A DNA stretch of 64,000 nucleotides from Candidatus Multivoradales bacterium (GTDB lineage Bacteria > Acidobacteriota > Thermoanaerobaculia > Multivoradales > J023): NCBI GenBank assembly GCA_965248925.1, contig CBDFLE010000006.1, forward strand, positions 3,168,001-3,232,000, given 5' to 3'. Every line of letters starts with the position of its first letter. Within the stretch, counting starts at the first letter, position 1. Under the pieces are notes generated by a model, which was not told where the DNA came from, did not search any database, and saw only the letters and a list, made by a program, of their open reading frames with translations. Shown here in pieces: positions 30,993 through 39,893 of the stretch. The position numbers were made by a program, and so were the translations under genes.

Positions 30993-31292
30993 TCAGTGTA
31001 CGAGCGAATCGTCCGTCAGGAAAGGAACCCAGGGCAAGATTCGACGCCGACTGGAAGCCGACAAATCCTTGACCCCAGCCGCCAGTTCGGCGCTGCCCGG
31101 CAAGGTGACACTCTGCGGAATGTCCGCCGGATCGACGATCAGTCCGAGCTGCGCGAAGGCAGCTGAAGGATCCTCTCGCAGCTGAGTTCTAAAAGTTGGG
31201 TTGTGGTGGACTTGCCGCAGTAGCTCGAGCTGCCGCTGTGGCAAAGGGTCGCTGGATAGCGAGCTTCTTAAGTGGGAATTCGCCAGACGCAC
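30993..31292 (-). CDS. NHLP (nitrile hydratase-like leader)-related RiPP precursor peptide, ~99 aa
   Basis: GTG 31292 follows AAGGGGGG. Sequence MRLANSHLRSSLSSDPLPQRQLELLRQVHHNPTFRTQLREDPSAAFAQLGLIVDPADIPQSVTLPGSAELAAGVKDLSASSRRRILPWVPFLTDDSLVH carries the LL....P.FR..L..DP.AA..QLG leader motif and lies directly upstream of the SagB-like gene. Confidence 0.8.
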   Translation of the reverse strand: MRLANSHLRSSLSSDPLPQRQLELLRQVHHNPTFRTQLREDPSAAFAQLGLIVDPADIPQSVTLPGSAELAAGVKDLSASSRRRILPWVPFLTDDSLVH

Positions 31293-31534
31293 TCCAAGGC
31301 CCCCCTTTGGGTCAATGGCGATTAGGGAAGTGTATTCGTCCTCAGTAAAGCACCGGATGGTCGAGGATCGAAGCGATAGTAAAATTGCACTTTCTCGGTT
31401 GGGTAGGCTATCAAATGTCTCGGCCAAGAAGCGATAGCCCAGTAGAAATTGGCCAGAGCGAAAACATCGACCAAGAATAGGAGGCTAGACAGTGAAAATG
31501 GGCTCTCCCCCCTTCCACCGGTGGTGGCTGGCCC

Positions 31535-31738
31535 TCAGCAGGACTTGATTTCTGCCCAGGAGGCACAGACTTTGCGGATTTCACCAGGGTCGGCGCGGTC
31601 TAGAGCATCGGCAGTGAAGGCGCGGATTTCAGCGTCTTCGATGCCGGATTGGCGCATCGCCTGCCGAATCGCGCTGACCCAAGCGAATGGGTTGTGGCTG
31701 CTCAAACAAATTTCAATGTCGGGGTATCGCGGGTTCAT
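31535..31738 (-). CDS. Small hypothetical protein
   Basis: MNPRYPDIEICLSSHNPFAWVSAIRQAMRQSGIEDAEIRAF...CASW; compact alpha/beta pattern that I recall from a small uncharacterised family. Confidence 0.6.
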   Translation of the reverse strand: MNPRYPDIEICLSSHNPFAWVSAIRQAMRQSGIEDAEIRAFTADALDRADPGEIRKVCASWAEIKSC

Positions 31739-32061
31739 CAGCATTCTTGGCGCCTCGTCTAACAAGTTAGACGCTTGAAGGCTGGAATTCGTTCCGTATG
31801 CCTTGGTGATTTTTCAGATTCCGTGGTCTTCCAGGGCCGCCTGAGAAAAAAAGGTGCAAGACTGATTCCAGGCGCTGGGTAGTGTCAGGCAGCAACAGCG
31901 GCGCGGAGAGCGTATGCCGGGGTTGACGATCCATGTCCTCCGGATGGGGCGGTTGAGAGGGCGGCTGGGTTATCCTAGATTCCCCGGTGCCAAAGGTGGG
32001 GATCGATGGGGACTTTCCCCGCTGCGATCCCCTTTCACCTCGATAGCAAGGAGTCCAACCT

Positions 32062-33105
32062 GTGCCAGATCCTCGAGTCCCGCGAAGGCGGTGGACACCC
32101 GTCGTCGTCGTTCTCGGCGCCTTGCTGGCCTCGGTGGCAGTCGGCCAAACACCGGCCCGACTCGCCAGCCGACTGAACTCGGATCTCGATCTGCTGTTGC
32201 AGCTTCTCGAAGGAGAGTTCGACAATTACTGGCAAGCGCGAATCGACCGCGAGAGTGAGGTCGAATTCCCTCACCGCCGCGTTCACGCGCTCTTCTCCCG
32301 CGTCGAGCTGGCGGCGCTGGGCCCGCATGTGTTCTACGTTCAGCAGACGGAGGATGGCGACTCGGCGAAGATCGTCGGCCAGTGGTTGTACAGCTTTCGC
32401 ACCGATCTCGAGCAGCAGGAGATCGAGATGTCAGTGCATACCTTTGCTGATCCCGCGGCGATGGTGGATGCCCATCGTCAGCCGGCCAAATGGAAGCAGG
32501 TGAGACTCGCTGATCTGAGCAGCCATCCCGGCTGTGAGATCTACTGGCAACGGCGTGAAATCCTCTTTGTTGGACAAACCCTGGAGGGGGCGTGTCGGAT
32601 TGGCTCAGAACATTCCACCGACCCCTTGGTGGTGACCGAAGATTTCCGCTTGACTGCCGACGGGCTCTGGCTTGAGCAGCGTGCCGAGACGGTCGAGGGT
32701 GAGTATGCCTTCGGCCCTCGTGGGGGAGTGGCACAGCAACTTCGCAGAGTGCGCTATTTTGATTGCTGGAGCGCTGTTAAACCGCAGCAAGAGGATCGGG
32801 AATGGGATGTGTGGCGTGATCTCGTGCTCCACGATCAGGGAGGGGTGGTGGAGTTGAAGCCGGCGGATGGCAGAGTGGCCCGGTTCAGCTTTGAACTCTT
32901 TCAGGCGGTCTTTGAGGGCGAAGACCGAGTGCATGTGTTGCAGCTGGCGGTGCACCAAGTGGGTACAAAAGAATCGATCGCCTACAGTTGGTCGAGTCCC
33001 GCTAGTTCCCAGTTAGGTGTCAACCTGCGTTTTCTCCAGATCGGCTGCACCCGTCGTCCAGCAGAAGCTCAGGCCTTGGGCATCAGCAGCCAGAGCAGTA
33101 GGTAG
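32062..33105 (+). CDS. CpcT/CpeT chromophore-lyase-like secreted protein
   Basis: Signal peptide; LEGEFDNYWQ, HRRVHALF, FYVQQ, W/R-LYSF and PGCEIYWQR motifs of the CpeT-like beta-barrel, plus a second C-terminal domain (LHDQGG). Confidence 0.7.
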   Translation: MPDPRVPRRRWTPVVVVLGALLASVAVGQTPARLASRLNSDLDLLLQLLEGEFDNYWQARIDRESEVEFPHRRVHALFSRVELAALGPHVFYVQQTEDGDSAKIVGQWLYSFRTDLEQQEIEMSVHTFADPAAMVDAHRQPAKWKQVRLADLSSHPGCEIYWQRREILFVGQTLEGACRIGSEHSTDPLVVTEDFRLTADGLWLEQRAETVEGEYAFGPRGGVAQQLRRVRYFDCWSAVKPQQEDREWDVWRDLVLHDQGGVVELKPADGRVARFSFELFQAVFEGEDRVHVLQLAVHQVGTKESIAYSWSSPASSQLGVNLRFLQIGCTRRPAEAQALGISSQSSR

Positions 33106-33251
33106 ACCACGGTGCCGGGGAAACCCACTGAAGCGATCGAAATCACTACGAACAAGACTCGCACCAGGGTTGGATCCCACCCCAGCCATTTGGCGATGCC
33201 GCCACAAACGCCACCGAGCATCCGGTTGCTTCTCGATCGATAAAGGGGCAT
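33069..33251 (-). CDS. pspC: PspC domain membrane protein
   Basis: LYRSRSNRMLGGVCGGIAKWLGWDPTLVRVLFV...YLLLWLLMP; GGAGGA RBS. Confidence 0.9.
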   Translation of the reverse strand: MPLYRSRSNRMLGGVCGGIAKWLGWDPTLVRVLFVVISIASVGFPGTVVYLLLWLLMPKA

Positions 33252-33387
33252 GAGAGATCCTCCACAGGTCGTTTATCAGCGCCGCTGAACCAGCGACTGG
33301 GTCTGTCATCAAAGGCTACGACGCAGTGCGGCATGTTATTCACCCGATCCACTCGACCGGTTTGGCACCAGGGGTTGGCGAGAGCTG

Positions 33388-34815
33388 TCAGTTGCCTGCT
33401 CGGTCGCTGGCTGGGGGAATCAGCTCGAGGGCCAGCAAGCGGTCTTTGCCGCGCAGGTAGAGCAAGCCTTGGGCGAGCACGGGTTCGTTCCACACCGGAT
33501 ACGGCAGCAGCGGCCCTGTCTTGCCGGCGCCGGCTCTGGCGACCTCGCGGTAACCTTCGCCGCTGGCTTCGACCAGCAGTAGTTGGCCGCGTTCGGTAGA
33601 AACCAGCAAGTGGTTGTCGACCCAGATCATCGTCGCACGGCCAAGCTCTCCTTGGCGCCACAGCACCCGGCCGGTGGCGGCCTCGATGGCGCGCAGTTCA
33701 GCCCCGCCGCTGCTCTCACCGCTAGAACCCCAGACGATGCCCTGGCGGTGGATCGGAGTGCTCCAATGGCAAGCCAGGCTCTTGCCTCGGGGCGGGTCGA
33801 CCCACACCGGTTTGGCGCCGCTCGGACCCACCTCCAACAGGGCTGCTCCCGGACCATAGGCTTCGGTAATCAGCACCCGCTGGCCGATCACCACCGGGTT
33901 GGCGGCGTTGACCGAGAGCAGTTTCATAGCCCGCCACGGAAAGTGAAAACCGACCTCGCCGCGGACCGGATCGAGGCCCACCAGACCGCCGCGGGCAAGG
34001 ACAAAGGCCCAGCGCCGGCCGCCGAGGGTCGCCAGCACAGGGCTCGAATAGCTGGCCAGCTCGTTGCTCACCTGGTACCGCACCTCACCGCTGAACTTGT
34101 TGAAGGCGACGACGCCGCTGCCATTGCCGGCCACCGGTCCGCGGTGAATCGACGGGCTGTCCGGCGGGCTGCCGCCGATCATGACGAGTAGCAGGTCGCC
34201 CTCGATCGTCGGGGTCGAGCCGACACCGAAGAAGTTCTGCACCACGCCGAAGCGTCGCTGGGTGTCGACTTCCCAGAGCAGCTTGCCATCACCCACCCGG
34301 TGGCAGCGCAGCCGACCTTCGACACCGAAAGTGTAGACCCGGTCGCCATCGATCACCGGTGACGAGCGGGGCCCGGCGCTGAATTTGTACAGGTCTTGGT
34401 AGTCGGTGGGGTGCTCGTTGTGCCACAGCTCGCGGCCAGTTTCGCTGTGGAAGCAGGTCAGGCGAGCCTGGTCGCCGTGTCGGTCGTAGAACAGCAACCT
34501 GCCGCGAGCCACCGCAGGACCGGCGTAGCCATCGCCGACTGGCCGCTGCCAAACCTGCCGCAGACCTTCTGCTGGCCAGGCGAGCAGCAGGCCGGTTTCG
34601 GTTGAGGTCCCATCGCCGTTGGGGCCGCGAAAAGTCGGCCAGTCGCTGCCATCCCTCCGGCTGCGCAAGTCCTTGGGCAGAGGTTCTTTGGCTGCTGATT
34701 CAGCGGCAAGGGGCCAGGCGGTTCCGCCAGCTGTGGCGAGTGCCAGCCAGCAAACCAGCAGGTAGGTCGAACAGCCATTGCGGTCGGCAGATAAGCTCAT
34801 GCTGGAGGCCAGCAT
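33388..34815 (-). CDS. PQQ-binding-like beta-propeller protein
   Basis: Signal peptide, DWPTFRGPNGDG, GPRSSPVIDGDRVY, SYSSPV and repeated G..LW docking motifs. Confidence 0.85.
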   Translation of the reverse strand: MLASSMSLSADRNGCSTYLLVCWLALATAGGTAWPLAAESAAKEPLPKDLRSRRDGSDWPTFRGPNGDGTSTETGLLLAWPAEGLRQVWQRPVGDGYAGPAVARGRLLFYDRHGDQARLTCFHSETGRELWHNEHPTDYQDLYKFSAGPRSSPVIDGDRVYTFGVEGRLRCHRVGDGKLLWEVDTQRRFGVVQNFFGVGSTPTIEGDLLLVMIGGSPPDSPSIHRGPVAGNGSGVVAFNKFSGEVRYQVSNELASYSSPVLATLGGRRWAFVLARGGLVGLDPVRGEVGFHFPWRAMKLLSVNAANPVVIGQRVLITEAYGPGAALLEVGPSGAKPVWVDPPRGKSLACHWSTPIHRQGIVWGSSGESSGGAELRAIEAATGRVLWRQGELGRATMIWVDNHLLVSTERGQLLLVEASGEGYREVARAGAGKTGPLLPYPVWNEPVLAQGLLYLRGKDRLLALELIPPASDRAGN

Positions 34816-34907
34816 ATCGCCCTTGTCGGTTGTGCGCTCCTGGACCCTTGGTGCATGCTAGGCGCTGGCTTCCTAGAAGTTTCTCAGCCGTCCCGAAGCA
34901 GGAGGTA

Positions 34908-35324
34908 ATGATGGTCAAACGTATCGACAAGAACGATCAGGAATGGCGCCAGCACCTCACCGACGAGCAGTACCGAGTTTGTCGTAAGGAAGGCACGGAG
35001 CGTGCCTTCTCCGGTGAGTATCACGACTGCAAGGATGACGGCACCTATCGCTGCGTCGGTTGTGGTGCGCCGCTATTTGCCGCCGCGACCAAATTCGATT
35101 CTGGTACCGGTTGGCCGAGCTTCTGGCAGACTGTGGATGGCGAGCAAGTGGCGGAGCGTGAGGATCGCAGCTTCCTCAGCCGCCGCACTGAGGTCCACTG
35201 CGCGGCTTGCGAGTCCCATCTGGGTCACGTTTTCACCGACGGGCCGCAGCCCACGGGTTTGCGTTACTGCATCAATTCGGTAGCGCTGAAGCTCGATCGC
35301 CAGGCTGGCGAAGACCAAGAGTGA
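34908..35324 (+). CDS. msrB: Peptide-methionine (R)-S-oxide reductase
   Basis: GTERAFSG, CVGC, KFDSGTGWPSF, HLGHVF.DGP.PTGLRYCINS; GGAGG RBS. Confidence 0.96.
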   Translation: MMVKRIDKNDQEWRQHLTDEQYRVCRKEGTERAFSGEYHDCKDDGTYRCVGCGAPLFAAATKFDSGTGWPSFWQTVDGEQVAEREDRSFLSRRTEVHCAACESHLGHVFTDGPQPTGLRYCINSVALKLDRQAGEDQE

Positions 35325-35368
35325 GCGGTGTGGCCGCGCACTTCTGCCCGCACCGTGGCGACTTCGGC

Positions 35369-36217
<849 letters not shown>

Positions 36218-36429
36218 CGGTTCTGCTCTCCTCTCGAAGCGAGCCCTCAGCACATCATTCGCCTCGACCTAGAGCCACCTTTGAGCGTCATGTGTCGGTC
36301 ATCTTTGTGTAACGGATTTGCGCCTCTAGATCACGCCGGGTTGGCTTGGCAGAGACGATGTTCAGGGACTGCCCTCGAAGCCAGCGAGAGGACCGTCCAC
36401 TGGCTGAGAGATCTGACTCAGCGCTCCAG

Positions 36430-37137
36430 CTAGGGCACGAAGCGATAGCCGGCGCCGCGCACTGAAACGATGTGCTGCGGATCGGCGGGCTTGTCTTCGA
36501 GTGCTTGGCGCAGTTTGCGGATGAAGTTGTCAACGGTGCGGCTCTCGATGTCGCCGGAGAGTCCCCACACTTCTTCCAAGAACACCCGCCGCGAGATCAC
36601 CTCGCCAGGACGCGCCGCGAAGAGCTTGAGCATGGCGATCTCGCGCGGCGAAAGGTGGATTTCCTTGCCGCGGCGGCGGCTTGCTTGGAAGGTCTGGAAG
36701 TCCACCGTCCACGGGCCATAAGCGAGGGTGCGCACCTCGCTATCGGCCTCTGGCGGGTTGCTGGTTCGGCCCCAGACCTGGCGCCGTAGCGCGCCGCGGA
36801 TCCGCGCCAGCACCTCGTCGAGGTCGTAGGGTTTGAGGATGTAGTCGTCGGCGCCGGCGTCGAGACCGCGGATGGCGTCGTCGCTGTGGTTGCGGGCGGT
36901 GACCATCAGAATCGGCTGCATGTGGCCGACTTGTCGCAGTCGGCGGGCGACCTCAAAACCATCGATTCCGGGCAACATGATGTCCAGCAGCAGCAGATCG
37001 AAGGCCTCCAGCTCGGCGGCCTCCAACATGCTCTCTCCAGTGTCGAAAATCTCGACGTCGTAGCCCGAATTGCGTAGGTTGAAGGCCAGCCCCTCGGCCA
37101 GATGGCGCTCGTCCTCAACCAGCAGAATGCGGCTCAT
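36430..37137 (-). CDS. OmpR-family response regulator
   Basis: VEDE, LDIMLPGIDG, GADDYILKP and winged helix RTVDNFIRKLR...VRGAGYRF. Confidence 0.95.
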   Translation of the reverse strand: MSRILLVEDERHLAEGLAFNLRNSGYDVEIFDTGESMLEAAELEAFDLLLLDIMLPGIDGFEVARRLRQVGHMQPILMVTARNHSDDAIRGLDAGADDYILKPYDLDEVLARIRGALRRQVWGRTSNPPEADSEVRTLAYGPWTVDFQTFQASRRRGKEIHLSPREIAMLKLFAARPGEVISRRVFLEEVWGLSGDIESRTVDNFIRKLRQALEDKPADPQHIVSVRGAGYRFVP

Positions 37138-38150
37138 GCAGCGATGGCTCCGTTGCTCTTGGACAAAGGTAGGCGGATGTTGACGGTGAGGCCATGGCCG
37201 CTGCCGACACTGGTGGCGCTGACCTTGCCGCCGTGTGCCTGGACGATCGAGCGGACGATGAAAAGGCCGATGCCGGTGCCCTTGCGCGCCCGGCTCGGAA
37301 AGGCTCTCTGGACGCGGTAGAAGCGGTTGAAGAGATCGGGTAGGGCGGCAGCCGGTACTCCCAGACCGCGATCGCTGAAACGTAGCTCGACCTCTTCTTC
37401 GCGGCGCTCTACGTTGAGGGTGATGCGAGGTGGTTCGGTGCCCGCGTAGCGCACTGCGTTGTCGACCAGATTGTCCAGCACCTGGCGGAACATCATGTTG
37501 TCCAGCTCCACCCAGGTCTCGTCAGAGTGATGCAGTTCGAACTCCAGCTCGTGCTCTTCGTGCAATTGGCGGGCATCCTCGGAGTAGTCGGCCAGGTAGG
37601 CGCCGAGTTCGAGTTCTTGCGGTGTTACCTGAAGTTCGTCGCCGCGTCGGTCGATTTCGGCAGCGCGCAAGATGTTTGAGATCAGCCGCGATAGGCGTTC
37701 GACGTCGAAGAGGATCTTCTCGACAAAGTTGCGCCGGTCGCCAGGGCTGAGTTCGGCGCTGCGCAGGGTTTGGGCGAAGAGCTTGATCGACGACAGGGGC
37801 GAGTTGAGTTCATGCGACACCGAAGCGATGAAATCGGATTGCCGCTGCCGCCAGCGGATATGGCCGAAGAGCTGAGCGCCGAGGATCGACGACAGGATGA
37901 TGATGGTCAGGAACAAAGCGGTGCCAAGGGCGATGAGAGTGCTACGAAAAAAGGCTCCTTGCTGTGCGGCGAGCTGCTTGAGCTGTTGATAGTCCTGTAC
38001 TAGAGCAACGTTCCACAGCACCGTCAAAGTGATGGTCAACACCAGCACGACCACGAAGAGGATGATCGGGCCGCGGATCGAGAGGTGGCGGTAGCTGGAT
38101 TCGCTCAAGAGTTTCGGTTTCCGGAGTTCGGAGTTGAGGTCAAGCGGCAT
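37134..38150 (-). CDS. Sensor histidine kinase with two TM helices and a very short external loop
   Basis: H-box VSHELNSPL, N-box NLVDNAVRY, DRGLG, FNRFYRV, GTGIGL; stop overlaps the regulator start (ATGA). Confidence 0.93.
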   Translation of the reverse strand: MPLDLNSELRKPKLLSESSYRHLSIRGPIILFVVVLVLTITLTVLWNVALVQDYQQLKQLAAQQGAFFRSTLIALGTALFLTIIILSSILGAQLFGHIRWRQRQSDFIASVSHELNSPLSSIKLFAQTLRSAELSPGDRRNFVEKILFDVERLSRLISNILRAAEIDRRGDELQVTPQELELGAYLADYSEDARQLHEEHELEFELHHSDETWVELDNMMFRQVLDNLVDNAVRYAGTEPPRITLNVERREEEVELRFSDRGLGVPAAALPDLFNRFYRVQRAFPSRARKGTGIGLFIVRSIVQAHGGKVSATSVGSGHGLTVNIRLPLSKSNGAIAA

Positions 38151-38192
38151 TCTAGCGCGATGGTAGATTCGGCAGTCTTTGGAGGTTCCGAT

Positions 38193-39893
38193 ATGCCGCA
38201 GATCCGTACGCGACCGCTGCCCCTCGCCGTTCTAGCCGTATCTTGTCTTCTCATCGCCGTTAACCCGATGTTGGCTGAGCCGCCGATGCCGATCGAGGAC
38301 GCGCCGCCGCGGGCCGAAGGCGAAGGACCCTGGAGTCAGCTAATTCTGCGCGGCGGCATCTTGGTAGATGGCACTGGCGCACCGCCGCGTGGGCCGGTCG
38401 ATATCGTCATCGAAGGCCATCGCATTGTCCGCATCGAGAGTGTTGGTTACCCAGGGGTGCCGATCGAGGCCGACAAGCGGCCGGAGCTGGGTGAGGGTGG
38501 CCATGAACTCGAAGTTTCGGGGATGTATGTTCTACCCGGTTTTGTCGACATGCACGGTCATATCGGTGGCCACGATCAGGGCACGCCGGCGGAGTACGTT
38601 TTCAAGCTGTGGCTCGGGCACGGCATCACCACCATTCGCGATCCGGCCTGCGGTAGCGGGCTCGATTGGTGTTTGGCGCACAAGCAGAAGAGTGCGGACA
38701 ATGAGATCACCGCGCCCCGGATCGAAGTCTACGTGGTCTTCGGCCAGGGGCTCGACGACCCATTCACCGAGCCCGAGCAGGCGCGCCGCTGGGTACGGCA
38801 GGTCGCCGAACAAGGGGCCGATGGGCTGAAGTTCTTTGGCTATCGGCCCGACATCATGCAAGCGGCGATCGAGGAGGCCACCGCCCGCGGCCTAAGAACC
38901 GCCTGTCACCATGCCCAGTTGGCGGTCACCCGGGTCAATGTGCTCGACACCGCCCGCTGGGGCTTGACCTCGATGGAGCATTGGTATGGCCTGCCCGAGG
39001 CTTTGTTCGACGATCGGGTGATCCAGGACTACCCGGTCGACTACAACTACAACAACGAGCAGCATCGTTTTGGCGCGGCCGGCCGGCTGTGGGCCCAGGC
39101 GGCAGCGCCCGGCAGCGCCCGCTGGGAAGCGGTGATGGACGAGTTGCTAGAACTCGACTTCACCCTCGACCCGACCCTGACCATCTACGAAGCCAGCCGC
39201 GACCTGATGCGCGCCCGCCGCGCCGAATGGCACGAGGAGTACACCCTGCCGTCCTTGTGGGATTTCTACCGCCCGAGCCGTAAAGCGCACGGTTCCTACT
39301 GGTTCGACTGGTCGACCGAAGACGAGGTCGCCTGGCGCGGCAACTTCCGGCGTTGGATGGTGTTTCTCAATGAGTACAAGAACCGTGGCGGCCGAGTCAC
39401 CGCCGGCTCCGACAGCGGTTTTATCTACAAGCTTTACGGCTTCGGCTACATCCGCGAACTCGAACTGCTGCGCGAAGCCGGTTTCCACCCCCTTGAGGTG
39501 CTGCGCTCGGCGACTTACCTCGGCGCCGAGGCGCTTGGCCGGGTCGCCGAGATCGGCTCGGTCGAGCCCGGCAAGCTGGCTGACCTGATCGTCGTGCCCG
39601 AAAATCCGCTGGCCAACTTGAAAGTGCTTTACGGCACCGGCGCGATCCGGGTCGACGAGGACAACCAGCCGGTGCGGGTCGGCGGCGTGCGCTGGACGAT
39701 CAAAGACGGCATCGTCTACGACGCGCCACGGCTGCTCGCCGACGTGCGGAGAATCGTCGCCGAGGCCAAAGAGCGAGAGGGGCGAGAGCTGGTGCAGCCC
39801 GGCATGCCGGGGGATCAGCCGCCGGCCGAGGGGGGCGAGGACCAGCCGCAGGGGGATTCGGCTGCAGCCGCTGAGGGGCTGCCGATCAGCTGA
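38193..39893 (+). CDS. Secreted amidohydrolase family protein
   Basis: Signal peptide; LPGFVDMHGH, SMEHWYG, AGSDSG and IGSVEPGKLADL. Confidence 0.9.
   Translation: MPQIRTRPLPLAVLAVSCLLIAVNPMLAEPPMPIEDAPPRAEGEGPWSQLILRGGILVDGTGAPPRGPVDIVIEGHRIVRIESVGYPGVPIEADKRPELGEGGHELEVSGMYVLPGFVDMHGHIGGHDQGTPAEYVFKLWLGHGITTIRDPACGSGLDWCLAHKQKSADNEITAPRIEVYVVFGQGLDDPFTEPEQARRWVRQVAEQGADGLKFFGYRPDIMQAAIEEATARGLRTACHHAQLAVTRVNVLDTARWGLTSMEHWYGLPEALFDDRVIQDYPVDYNYNNEQHRFGAAGRLWAQAAAPGSARWEAVMDELLELDFTLDPTLTIYEASRDLMRARRAEWHEEYTLPSLWDFYRPSRKAHGSYWFDWSTEDEVAWRGNFRRWMVFLNEYKNRGGRVTAGSDSGFIYKLYGFGYIRELELLREAGFHPLEVLRSATYLGAEALGRVAEIGSVEPGKLADLIVVPENPLANLKVLYGTGAIRVDEDNQPVRVGGVRWTIKDGIVYDAPRLLADVRRIVAEAKEREGRELVQPGMPGDQPPAEGGEDQPQGDSAAAAEGLPIS

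Noticed and set aside
31293-31427. Longer 144-aa version of the RiPP precursor
   Set aside because: It has a TTG start with no clear RBS and lies in AT-richer, promoter-like sequence; GTG 31292 has a purine-rich RBS and gives a typical precursor length.
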